Origin: Armatimonadota bacterium
GTDB lineage: Bacteria > Sysuimicrobiota > Sysuimicrobiia > Sysuimicrobiales > Humicultoraceae
Direction of reading: 5' to 3'
DNA: 64,000 nucleotides
Assembly (NCBI GenBank): GCA_037443565.1
Contig: JBBIOB010000006.1
Span: forward strand, 4,300 to 68,299
A program made the position numbers and the translations under genes. Below are positions 8,882-17,277 of this stretch, one piece after another. Numbering within the stretch: position 1 is the stretch's first letter; each line of letters opens with the position of its first letter. The notes beneath the pieces are model-generated. The model did not search any database, was not told the DNA's origin, and saw only the letters and a program-made list of their open reading frames with translations.

Positions 8882-9808
8882 TCACTCTCCGCGCAGGGGT
8901 CGGCCGCAGCGGCTGCAGAAGCGGTCGCCGGGCCGCGCGCGGTAGCCGCAGTGCGCGCAGAACTGTGCCTGGGATGCCGGCCGCCGGCGGTCCCTGCGCG
9001 TCGTCGCATCCGCGCGCGCAGCCGGCCGCAACGCGGGGCCGGCACCTTCGCGCCGCTGCGCCACCCAGAACGCTACCAGGGCTCCAACCCCCAGAACCGC
9101 CAGGACCAGCGCCACCCATCCCCAGGACGAGATCCGTATGGCCGACGATGCCGGCGTGGGTGGACCGGGAGGCGCGGCCGCCCGCGGCAGCGACGGCATC
9201 TCGTCGGCCTTCTCGTAGCTCGCCCTGACCGACCAGACCTGGCCGGCCGGCCAGGATCCCACGGTGTAGAGATGATGGGTGAAGCCCGCCGGGGTGACGG
9301 TCGTGCTCGCGGCCGGAGGATCCAGCACGAGCGCCGACGACCGGAACGGCTGCTCCACGGCGACGCGCATCGCGTTCACCGGGAGCGGGAAGACCAGGTC
9401 CGCGGTGAAGGTGCGCTGCGGGCGGCCCGTGATGAGGTCGGCGTAGTACTCGAACTGGAAGCCCCGCTCCGGCACCGTGAGCGTCACGAGCAGCCGGCCG
9501 CCCTCCTGCCGGTACTGGTAGTCGACCGAGTAGAGCTGCCCGTCGCCGGACCGATAGGCGGCGGCGTTGACCTGGGCGGCTGGGGGAACCGCGAACGTCA
9601 GCGTGTGGGGAACCGGCACCTCGCCGCTCAACTGCCCCCGGTAGATGATCAGCACGCGCGGGTCGTCGTGCTCGGGCCAGACATCGACGTTGAGGACCGC
9701 GATCGACGGGGCCGGTGCCGCCACAACCAGCTGTGCGGGCATCGCCGGATGGCCCACAAGCGCGAGGACCATGGCCGCGATGGGAACGAGCACACGACCG
9801 CTCCGCAT
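8882..9808 (-). CDS. Membrane-anchored protein with a C-terminal double zinc-ribbon
   Basis: N-terminal signal (VLVPIAAMVLALVG), extracytoplasmic domain, a single TM (WGWVALVLAVLGVGALVAFWV), then FCAHCGYRARPGDRFCSRCGRPL (CxxC...CxxC). Confidence 0.55.
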   Translation of the reverse strand: MRSGRVLVPIAAMVLALVGHPAMPAQLVVAAPAPSIAVLNVDVWPEHDDPRVLIIYRGQLSGEVPVPHTLTFAVPPAAQVNAAAYRSGDGQLYSVDYQYRQEGGRLLVTLTVPERGFQFEYYADLITGRPQRTFTADLVFPLPVNAMRVAVEQPFRSSALVLDPPAASTTVTPAGFTHHLYTVGSWPAGQVWSVRASYEKADEMPSLPRAAAPPGPPTPASSAIRISSWGWVALVLAVLGVGALVAFWVAQRREGAGPALRPAARADATTRRDRRRPASQAQFCAHCGYRARPGDRFCSRCGRPLRGE

Positions 9809-10063
9809 AAAGGAGGGATTTCGCGGAAGACCGCCGCATCTCCCACTCGTTGCGCGGGTGTATCCAGACGGGGGTGTGCGATGATGCGCAGGCGTCGTCT
9901 GTCAAACGGCCGGTGCGCCGCGTGGGGGAGGTCAGGGTGGGCACCTTCACGTACTTCTGCAACCGCCATCAGTCCATGCGCGGCGAGGTCGTGGTCAGGG
10001 AGTAGCCCGCCGCTGCTCGGCACCGCGCCGTCAGCGCCGTCTTGCATCGGGCGTGGCGGCGCG

Positions 10064-10090
10064 GTATGATTTTAGTTGAGACTAAATGTT
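10064..10090. promoter_or_regulatory. AT-rich island with an inverted repeat TTAGT-N4-ACTAA; candidate metal-box operator and promoter for the dtxR-like/feoB operon
   Basis: gtatgattttagttgagactaaatg is the only AT-rich stretch within a few hundred bp. It lies about 100 bp upstream of the regulator start and loosely resembles DtxR/IdeR iron boxes. Confidence 0.4.
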
Positions 10091-10177
10091 CGCCGGGGCG
10101 GGGGCCCGACGACGGAGCCTCCGCCTTGAACCATCGAAGACGCCCTCAAGCACGTCCACGATGCCAACCACCGCGGC

Positions 10178-11035
10178 GTGCCCGTGACGCTGGAGTCGCT
10201 CGCCGCACGGCTCGGGCGGCGCACCGGCGCGGTTCTGCGGCTGGTCGAGCGCATGCACGCCGACGGCCTGGTCGAGACCGGTCCTTCGGGCCTGCGGCTC
10301 ACGGCGACCGGCAACGACTGGGCGCTGCAGGTCGTCCGCGCCCACCGCCTGTGGGAGCGCTATCTCTCCGATCAGGCGGGCTGGCCTCTGGCCGACCTTC
10401 ACGCCGAGGCGGACCGCCGCGAGCACTCCCGTCCACCCGGCGAACTGGATGCCCTGGACGCCGGGCTGGGACACCCCCCGCACGACCCGCACGGCGATCC
10501 CATCCCGACGGCATCGGGCGATCTCGAGCGCAAGCCCAGCGTGTCGCTGACACGGTGGCCCGTCGGCGTGCCCGGTGAGATCGCGCACATCGAGGACGAA
10601 CCGGCCGCGGCCTACGAGCAGATCCTGGCGATGGGCCTGCGGCCCGGTGCGCAGATCCGCGTCATCGAATCTACACCCTCGCGGCTGCTGGCCGAGGTGG
10701 ACCTGGCGCAGCACAGCCTGGCGCCGATCGTGGCCGCAGGCGTAGCGGTCAGGCCGGCGGCACACATCCCCACACCCGTAGGCGTGCCCTTGACGGCGCT
10801 CCGCGTCGGCGATCGGGCCACGGTCAGCGCGCTGGACGCCTCCTGCCAGGGTCTGACGCGGCGACGCTTGCTCGACCTTGGGGTCACGCCGGGCGTGACG
10901 ATCGAGGCCGCCCTGCCAAACCCGTTCGGCGACCCGCTCGCCTACCGGGTACGCGGCACGCTGATCGCGCTCCGGAGCGAACAGGCGCAACACGTCATCG
11001 TCGACCCGACCACGATCACGCGCGGAGCGCACTGA
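10178..11035 (+). CDS. DtxR/IdeR-family metal-dependent regulator fused to two FeoA (SH3-like) domains
   Basis: The HTH (VTLESLAARLGRRTGAVLRLVERMHADGLVE) is followed by metal-site residues HAEADRREHS...HGDPIP, then two FeoA-like repeats (VGVPGEIAHIEDEP...IRVIE and LRVGDRATVSALDA...). The same frame is open back to 10130 and encodes helix-1-like IEDALKHVHDANHRG, but with no canonical start there. Confidence 0.7.
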   Translation: MPVTLESLAARLGRRTGAVLRLVERMHADGLVETGPSGLRLTATGNDWALQVVRAHRLWERYLSDQAGWPLADLHAEADRREHSRPPGELDALDAGLGHPPHDPHGDPIPTASGDLERKPSVSLTRWPVGVPGEIAHIEDEPAAAYEQILAMGLRPGAQIRVIESTPSRLLAEVDLAQHSLAPIVAAGVAVRPAAHIPTPVGVPLTALRVGDRATVSALDASCQGLTRRRLLDLGVTPGVTIEAALPNPFGDPLAYRVRGTLIALRSEQAQHVIVDPTTITRGAH

Positions 11036-12879
11036 TGGATCCCGGAGCCCCCCGGACGGCAGCACTGGGGATCCGAACGCCGAACCCGGACTACGTCGTG
11101 GCGCTGGCCGGCAACCCCAACACCGGCAAGAGCACGGTCTTCAACGCGTTGACCGGCCTGCGGCAGCACACCGGCAACTGGCCGGGCAAGACGGTGGCGC
11201 GCGCCGAAGGGGTCCTCGAGCACCGTGGCCGCAAGTACGCGCTGGTCGACCTGCCCGGGACCTACTCCCTGCTCTCGGCGTCGGTCGACGAAGAGATCGC
11301 CCGGGACTTCATCCTGTTCGGCCGGCCCGACTGCACGATCGTCACCCGTCCACGCCGTCTCGAGGTGGGCGCACCGCTGGCCCGGGCCGCGGACGAACTG
11401 GCTGTGATGCTTGACCGGGCGTACCCAGGCCTGCCAAGCGCCAGGTGGATCGGCATGCGGCTGCTCGACGGCGACCAACGCGTGCGTGAGGCGGTGCGCG
11501 GCGGCGCCGACATCCTGGCACGGGCCGACGCCCTGCGCCGCACCCTCGACGGCGCCTTCCGCGATCGGCTCGTCGAGGCAATCTACGCCGAGGCCCAGCG
11601 TATCGCGGCCCGCGCGGTGCGCCAGACTGGACGCGCTCGGGTCGACGCCGACCACTGGGTCGACCGGGTCCTGACCTCGCGCATCTTCGGCCTGCCGATC
11701 ATGCTGGCCACACTCGCGCTGGTCTTCTGGATCACCGTCAGCCTGGCCAACGTCCCCTCCGAGCTGCTGGCGGGGTTCCTCTTCTGGATCGAGGAACAGG
11801 GCGCGGCCGCGTTCGGCCGCCTGGGCGTACCGGCGTGGATTGCCGGCCTGATCTGGCACGGGACGTACCGCGGCCTGGCGTGGGTGGTGTCGGTCATGCT
11901 GCCGCCGATGGCCATCTTCTTCCCGCTGTTCACGATCCTCGAGGACCTGGGCTACCTGCCACGCGTGGCGTTCAACCTGGATCGGCTGTTCCGCCGCGCC
12001 GGCGCGCACGGGAAGCAGGCGCTCACGATGAGCATGGGGTTCGGATGCAACGCCGCGGGCGTGATCGCGACCCGCATCATCGACAGTCCGCGCGAGCGGC
12101 TGATCGCGATCCTCACCAACACGTTCGTGCCGTGCAACGGGCGCTTCCCGACGTTGATCCTGTTGGCCTCGGTCTTCGTCGCCGCCGCCCTGCCGGCACA
12201 CCTCGCCGCCCTCGCCGCCGCCGGGTCGGTCGTACTGGTCGTGCTCATCGGCGTGATCGTCACGCTGGTCGCGTCGTGGGGCATGTCGCGGACGGTCCTG
12301 CGCGGCGAGCCGTCGGCGTTCACGCTCGAGCTGCCGCCGTTCCGCCGGCCCGACGTCATCCGCATCCTCTACACATCGCTGATCGACCGCACGCTGTTCG
12401 TGCTGATGCGGGCGGTCAAGGTGGCCGTCCCGGCCGGGACGATCATCTGGATCCTCGGCAACGTGCCCCTCGGCGGCCGGAGTCTGAGCGCGCTGGCCGC
12501 GGGCCTGCTCGATCCGCTGGGGCGCGCGGTCGGGCTCGACGGCGTGATCATGGCCTTCGTGATCGCGATCCCGGCAAACGAGATCGTCCTGCCGACGGTC
12601 CTGATGGTCTACGCGGGCGCGGGCATGATGATCGGCCCGGAGGGATTCGACAACTTGAGAGATCTGCTCGTCGGCGACCACGGCTGGACGCTGCTGACCG
12701 CGGTGAACCTGATGCTGTTCAGCCTGCTGCACAACCCCTGCGGCACGACGATCTGGACGATCTGGGCCGAGACCCGCAGCCCGCGGTGGACGGCGCTCGG
12801 CGCGCTGGTGCCGCTCGGAGTCGCCTTCGCCGTCACCTTCGCCACGGCGACGCTTGCCCGGATCTTGGGCTGGATCTAG
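11035..12879 (+). CDS. feoB: Ferrous iron transporter FeoB
   Basis: G1 GNPNTGKST and G3 DLPGTYS, then a GDI-like linker and polytopic membrane domain (DRVLTSRIFGLPIMLATL...). The ATG overlaps the regulator's stop (ATGA). Confidence 0.85.
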   Translation: MDPGAPRTAALGIRTPNPDYVVALAGNPNTGKSTVFNALTGLRQHTGNWPGKTVARAEGVLEHRGRKYALVDLPGTYSLLSASVDEEIARDFILFGRPDCTIVTRPRRLEVGAPLARAADELAVMLDRAYPGLPSARWIGMRLLDGDQRVREAVRGGADILARADALRRTLDGAFRDRLVEAIYAEAQRIAARAVRQTGRARVDADHWVDRVLTSRIFGLPIMLATLALVFWITVSLANVPSELLAGFLFWIEEQGAAAFGRLGVPAWIAGLIWHGTYRGLAWVVSVMLPPMAIFFPLFTILEDLGYLPRVAFNLDRLFRRAGAHGKQALTMSMGFGCNAAGVIATRIIDSPRERLIAILTNTFVPCNGRFPTLILLASVFVAAALPAHLAALAAAGSVVLVVLIGVIVTLVASWGMSRTVLRGEPSAFTLELPPFRRPDVIRILYTSLIDRTLFVLMRAVKVAVPAGTIIWILGNVPLGGRSLSALAAGLLDPLGRAVGLDGVIMAFVIAIPANEIVLPTVLMVYAGAGMMIGPEGFDNLRDLLVGDHGWTLLTAVNLMLFSLLHNPCGTTIWTIWAETRSPRWTALGALVPLGVAFAVTFATATLARILGWI

Positions 12880-14013
12880 TCAGCGCGCGGCACGGAGCCG
12901 CGCGCTCCTGATCTCTTCAACCACAAGAGGGTCCCGCTCGGATTCGTATGCCTGGCGCAGCGCGGCCATCGCCGCCGCACCGCCGATCTTCCCCAGCGCC
13001 CAGGCCGCGTGCCCGCGGACCACAGGATCGACAGGATCGTGGAGCGCGACGATCAGCTCGGGGACGGCGCGCGCATCGCCCAAGTTGCCCAGCGCCACGG
13101 CCACGTTGCGGCGCAGGCCGCCGCGCCCGGCGCGCTTGACCGCGCTGCGACGGAACCGGCGGCGGTAGTCGGCCTCCGAGAGGTTCAACAGCGGCAGCAG
13201 GCGCGGCCGCGTCCCGGTCTCGGGCCGCGGATGGAACTCCGCGTGCGCCGTGAGCGTGACGCGGCGGTTGAACGGGCAGGCCTGCTGGCAGAGGTCGCAG
13301 CCGAAGATCATGTCCTCGAGCGTGGGCCGCACCTCGCGCGGGATCCATCCCCGGTGCTCGATGGTCCAGTACGAGATGCACCGGCGCGCGTCGACGACAC
13401 CGGGCTCCACGATCGCGCCGGTGGGACAGGCCTCGGTGCCGTGATAGCAGCTCTCGCACAGGCCGCAGTCGCCCCCCGCCGGCGGATCAGGCGCGAGCGC
13501 CAGGTCGGTCAGGATCTCGCCCAGCACCACCCAGGTGCCGAACGCCCTCGTGATCAGGCAGGTATGGCGGCCACACCAGCCCAGTCCGGCGCGCTGAGCA
13601 ATAGCGCGGTCAAGCAGCGGGCCGGTGTCCACGTAGCAGCGCGCCAGGTGCGCGCCCTGCGCGACCAGGAACGCACCGAGCGCGCGCAGGCGCTCCTCCA
13701 TGACCAGGTGGTAGTCGTCGCCCCACGCGTAGCGGCTGATCCGGCCCCGCAGCTCGCCGTCGGGGGGATCGGGCTCGCCCGCGCAGTAGTTCATGGCCAC
13801 GGCCACGATGGCGCGCGCGCCGGCGCGGACGCGCCGCGGGTCGCCGACGCGGTCACGGTGCGCTTCCATGTACGCCATGCCCGCGTGCATCCCGGCCTCC
13901 AGCCAGCGGTGGTACGCGGCCTCGGCTTCGGGCAACGGCTCGGCGGTGGTGATCCCCACCAAGTCGAAGCCGACCTCGCGCGCCTTCGACTTGACAGCTT
14001 CCTCGAGCGTCAC
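12880..14013 (-). CDS. queG: Epoxyqueuosine reductase
   Basis: 4Fe-4S Cys clusters (CGLCESC, CDLCQQACP), a cobalamin-binding region and C-terminal HEAT-like repeats (AAWALGKIG). GTG start. Confidence 0.8.
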   Translation of the reverse strand: MTLEEAVKSKAREVGFDLVGITTAEPLPEAEAAYHRWLEAGMHAGMAYMEAHRDRVGDPRRVRAGARAIVAVAMNYCAGEPDPPDGELRGRISRYAWGDDYHLVMEERLRALGAFLVAQGAHLARCYVDTGPLLDRAIAQRAGLGWCGRHTCLITRAFGTWVVLGEILTDLALAPDPPAGGDCGLCESCYHGTEACPTGAIVEPGVVDARRCISYWTIEHRGWIPREVRPTLEDMIFGCDLCQQACPFNRRVTLTAHAEFHPRPETGTRPRLLPLLNLSEADYRRRFRRSAVKRAGRGGLRRNVAVALGNLGDARAVPELIVALHDPVDPVVRGHAAWALGKIGGAAAMAALRQAYESERDPLVVEEIRSARLRAAR

Positions 14014-14026
14014 GACATCGCCACAG

Positions 14027-15160
14027 TCACGGTCGCCGGATGGGCCGGACCAACAGCCCCAGGACGATGAGGGCGCCGACGCCGACCGACATCAGCAGCG
14101 GATAGGCGGGATTGATCCTGTAGGCGAACCCGCCCGCAAACGCGCCAGCCGCCGCGAGCACCGCGGAGAGCATCCCGGCCAGCGCAAACGCCCGTCCCAG
14201 GACCGCGGGCGGGGTGGTGGCGCCGACCATCGCCTGGGCGAGCGTGTGCAGCGGTGCCCGGCACCGCAGCGCCGCGGCCGGAAAGAGCAGGCCGTAGGGA
14301 CCGTAGGAGGTCAGCAGGATCCCGGCTGAGTGCACCCCGATCTGCCAGTGCATGGTCTGCGTCAGGCCGACGCGGTCGCCGAGGCGGCCGGCGATCGGCG
14401 TGAGCAGGACCGCGCCGACCGCCTGGAGCGACCCGAGCAGCCCGATCTCGGACAGCGAGACGCCGCGCACCTCGCGCAGGAACGGGGGCACAAACGGCAC
14501 GGTGAGCAGCACCATGAAGTAGACGCCGACGTAGACCGCCAGCGCCGGCGCCGCGGGAACCAGGTCGGCCCACGTCATCCGGCCCGCGCCGTGCGCCGGC
14601 ATCGTGCCCGGGCCGCTCCGCTCGAGCCGGAGTACGAGCAGCGTGGAGGCCAGGAAGAGCGCGAAGGCGATGACGAGCACCGTTCGGATGTCCCAGCGGT
14701 CGGCGATGATGCCGCCCGCGGTGGGCGAGACGAGGAACGCCATGGACGTGATCGTGCCCATCGCACCGAAGGCGGAGGCGAGTTGTCCGGGCGGCACGCG
14801 CTCCGTCACGTAGGCGCTGATCGCCGGCAGCGCGAAGAACGTGAGCTCGTAGAGGAGCAGGCCCGGCAGCAGCCACAGGTAGCTCGGGGCCGCGGCGAGC
14901 ATCAGCGGCACCGGCAGCCCGCAGAACCACGAAGCGAGCATCAGCGTCCGGCGGCTGAACCGGTCGACGAACAGCCACCCGATGAGGAAGCCGCCGGCCA
15001 ACCCCAGGTTCCTCAGGGTGAAGAGCGTCCCAAGCTGGACCGGCGAGGCCCCGAGCTGACGGGCGTAGATAGGGAGCAGCCCCTCGTACAGGCCGACGCC
15101 CAGCAGCCACAGGAAGAGCGAGCCGAAGAGCAGGCGCAGGTTGTGGTCGGCCGTCAGCAT
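14027..15160 (-). CDS. MFS transporter
   Basis: 377 aa with 12 predicted TMs and typical MFS loop motifs. Confidence 0.75.
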   Translation of the reverse strand: MLTADHNLRLLFGSLFLWLLGVGLYEGLLPIYARQLGASPVQLGTLFTLRNLGLAGGFLIGWLFVDRFSRRTLMLASWFCGLPVPLMLAAAPSYLWLLPGLLLYELTFFALPAISAYVTERVPPGQLASAFGAMGTITSMAFLVSPTAGGIIADRWDIRTVLVIAFALFLASTLLVLRLERSGPGTMPAHGAGRMTWADLVPAAPALAVYVGVYFMVLLTVPFVPPFLREVRGVSLSEIGLLGSLQAVGAVLLTPIAGRLGDRVGLTQTMHWQIGVHSAGILLTSYGPYGLLFPAAALRCRAPLHTLAQAMVGATTPPAVLGRAFALAGMLSAVLAAAGAFAGGFAYRINPAYPLLMSVGVGALIVLGLLVRPIRRP

Positions 15161-15169
15161 CGCGCGGGC

Positions 15170-16180
15170 TCAGCGGCCCACCGCGCGCACGACGAGTCCG
15201 CGGCGGGCGACGCGTGCCGGCAGCACGCCGAACCCCGCGGCGCGCAGGGCGTCCTCACAGTAGCGCTTGGCCCCGGCGCGCACAAAGCACAGCACGCTCC
15301 CTCCGCCTCCCGCGCCGCAGACCTTGGCGGCGAGCGCGCCGTGTCGCCTCGCGACCGCCATCGCGCGCTCGACGACGGGCGTCGAGACCCCGGGCGCGAG
15401 CCGGCGCCGGTGCTCCCACTCCTCGGCGAGCAGCGATCCCACCGTGTCGAGGTCGCGGACACGCAGCGCCCGTCGCATCCGGCGGGCCACGTCCGCGATG
15501 CTGCGCAGATGGTTCACCGTCGCGGGCGTACCGTCCAGGTAGGCGCGGACCACGCCCCAGTTCGTCAGGCCTGAGGCGTGCGGCGCGCCGGTGTAGGCGA
15601 TGACCAGGCGCTCCTGAAGGCCCCTGCGCAGCGCCGTACTGCCGCCCAACGGCTCGACGAGGTCGGGCGCGGCGCCGAACCGGATCGCGTTCATGCCTCC
15701 CCACACCGCGGCCAGGTAGTCCTGCCGTCCGGTGAGCGTGCGCAGCGCCTGCGCTTCGAGTCGCCACGCGGTCAGGACCAGGTCGTCGCGCCCGCGCCGG
15801 CGCTTACCCAGCCGGTCGAGCGCGGCCAGCAGGGCGACCAGCAGCGCCGACGACGCGCCGAGTCCCGATCCCGGCGGCGCCGACGACCAGAGCGTCACCT
15901 TCAGGCCCGGCGGAGGCCCGGCGAATCGCAGCGCCCGGCAGGCCGGGCCCAGCGGTTCGTCGAGGGGCATCGCGTCCAGCGAGGGCGCGGTCACCCGCTG
16001 TCGCAGGTCCCTCGAGACAATGGTGTATCCGCCCGGCGCACGCTCCAGCCGGACGCGCACCGGGATGTCGACCGCAACGTTGACGGTCCAGACGTCGTCC
16101 TCGAGCAGATATAGAGGATGGATGTCGAGCGTCCCGCCGGCCAGATCCACACGGGTCGGCGCTCGCGCCTCGACGATCAT
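15170..16180 (-). CDS. GHMP-family kinase (sugar-kinase/HddA-like N-terminus)
   Basis: MIVEARAPTRVDLAGGTLD; GHMP motif SSAPPGSGLGASSALLVALL; C-terminal KVCGAGGGGSV. The ATG overlaps the upstream gene's stop (ATGA). Confidence 0.7.
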   Translation of the reverse strand: MIVEARAPTRVDLAGGTLDIHPLYLLEDDVWTVNVAVDIPVRVRLERAPGGYTIVSRDLRQRVTAPSLDAMPLDEPLGPACRALRFAGPPPGLKVTLWSSAPPGSGLGASSALLVALLAALDRLGKRRRGRDDLVLTAWRLEAQALRTLTGRQDYLAAVWGGMNAIRFGAAPDLVEPLGGSTALRRGLQERLVIAYTGAPHASGLTNWGVVRAYLDGTPATVNHLRSIADVARRMRRALRVRDLDTVGSLLAEEWEHRRRLAPGVSTPVVERAMAVARRHGALAAKVCGAGGGGSVLCFVRAGAKRYCEDALRAAGFGVLPARVARRGLVVRAVGR

Positions 16181-16854
16181 GGGAAGAGCGCGTCCAGCGA
16201 CCGGCGGAACGCCTCGGTGGCGCGCCCCACGCCCCGCGCCGTGCGGCCGGTGACGACCGCGCCGATCATGATCGCCCATACTTGAGGGATGGCGAAGTAG
16301 CGGGCGAGGTCGTCGGGGCAGATGCGGCGCTGGGTGGGCACGATCATGCGCCGCCGCGTCACCGCGCCCAGGTGCGCCAGCGCGACCAGGTCCTCGGCGA
16401 CCGGATCGCGGCCGTAGCCGTCAGGCTCGACGATCGCCGCCTCCAGCCACTCGCCCGGCAGGGCCGCGAGCGCTCCAAGGGCGCCCGGCTGATAGCCGTG
16501 AGGAACCGCCGGGATGACGGGCACGCCCACGTCGTAGAGGAACAGCGGTAGGCGGTGCACGTAGGCGTCGATGAACGCGAACCGCCGGAGCCGGGGAACC
16601 TCGGCGGGCGTGACCATGCGCTCCTCTCCGGGCACGATCCCGGTCGGCAGGCCCACCTCGAGGACCGCCCACAGCGCCGGCTCCTCGTCGTCGAGCGGGC
16701 CGAAGCGCGTGCCCGAAGCCCGGTGGTGGACGTTGATGTGCACCTTCAACAGGTCGGCGCCCGCCGATGCGGCGGCTCTGGCGAGCGCCGCGTCGTTGCG
16801 GGGCAGGCTGACGATCAGCAGGCCTCGGCGGCCCAGCGGGTCGGGTGTCGGCAC
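16177..16854 (-). CDS. TIM-barrel-like hypothetical protein (possibly DUF556/MfnB-like or CutC-like)
   Basis: LLIVSLPRNDAALARAAASAGADLLKVHINVHH matches the N-terminal pattern of DUF556-type aldolase-fold proteins. The assignment is tentative. Confidence 0.4.
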   Translation of the reverse strand: MPTPDPLGRRGLLIVSLPRNDAALARAAASAGADLLKVHINVHHRASGTRFGPLDDEEPALWAVLEVGLPTGIVPGEERMVTPAEVPRLRRFAFIDAYVHRLPLFLYDVGVPVIPAVPHGYQPGALGALAALPGEWLEAAIVEPDGYGRDPVAEDLVALAHLGAVTRRRMIVPTQRRICPDDLARYFAIPQVWAIMIGAVVTGRTARGVGRATEAFRRSLDALFP

Positions 16855-16901
16855 GGTGGATTCCGTGCCGGGGGATTTCGTCGGCGGGGCGCGCCCTCCC
16901 T

Positions 16902-16934
16902 ACGCCGCGCGCGTGTTTCACACGCGCGCGGCGT
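16902..16934. promoter_or_regulatory. Perfect inverted repeat (14-bp GC arms, 5-nt loop) in a divergent intergenic region
   Basis: acgccgcgcgcgtg-tttca-cacgcgcgcggcgt lies about 100 bp upstream of the korD start. No U-tract follows on either strand, so it is not a classic terminator. Confidence 0.5.
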
Positions 16935-17028
16935 CCATAGCGCGAAATACGGTCTCTAGCCGATACGGCGCCTCCTGGAAATTCCCTACAGTAGGCACGG
17001 GAGTCCTCCCTTCGACGGGGGCAGATGC

Positions 17029-17277
17029 ATGGGTAAACGAAGAGCCGGAGAGATCCGGGTCAACGAAGTCTGGTGCAAAGGGTGCGGCATCTGCGTGGCG
17101 TTCTGCGCCCCGCAGGTCTTGGAGACCGGAACCGACGGGGTGCCCCTGGTCGTCAACCTCGAGGCGTGTACGCTCTGCATGCTGTGCGAGCTGCGCTGCC
17201 CCGACTTTGCCATTGTCGTCGCCGCCGAGGAGGAGGTCGTCGAGCGGGATGTCGCAGCCCCGGCTCATGCAGGGTAA
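17029..17277 (+). CDS. 2-oxoacid:ferredoxin oxidoreductase delta subunit (2x[4Fe-4S] ferredoxin)
   Basis: CKGCGICVAFCAP ... CTLCMLCELRCP. Confidence 0.8.
   Translation: MGKRRAGEIRVNEVWCKGCGICVAFCAPQVLETGTDGVPLVVNLEACTLCMLCELRCPDFAIVVAAEEEVVERDVAAPAHAG

Noticed and set aside
8184-9962. Long 592-aa minus-strand ORF spanning several genes
   Set aside because: The Arg/Ala/Gly-rich translation is typical of spurious ORFs in GC-rich DNA. It overlaps the better-supported genes at 7871..8689 and 8882..9808 in other frames.
10042-10578. ORF beginning at the ATG at 10086, considered as an alternative start for the DtxR-like regulator
   Set aside because: It is in a different frame from the HTH; its translation is low-complexity and ends at a TGA before reaching the HTH.
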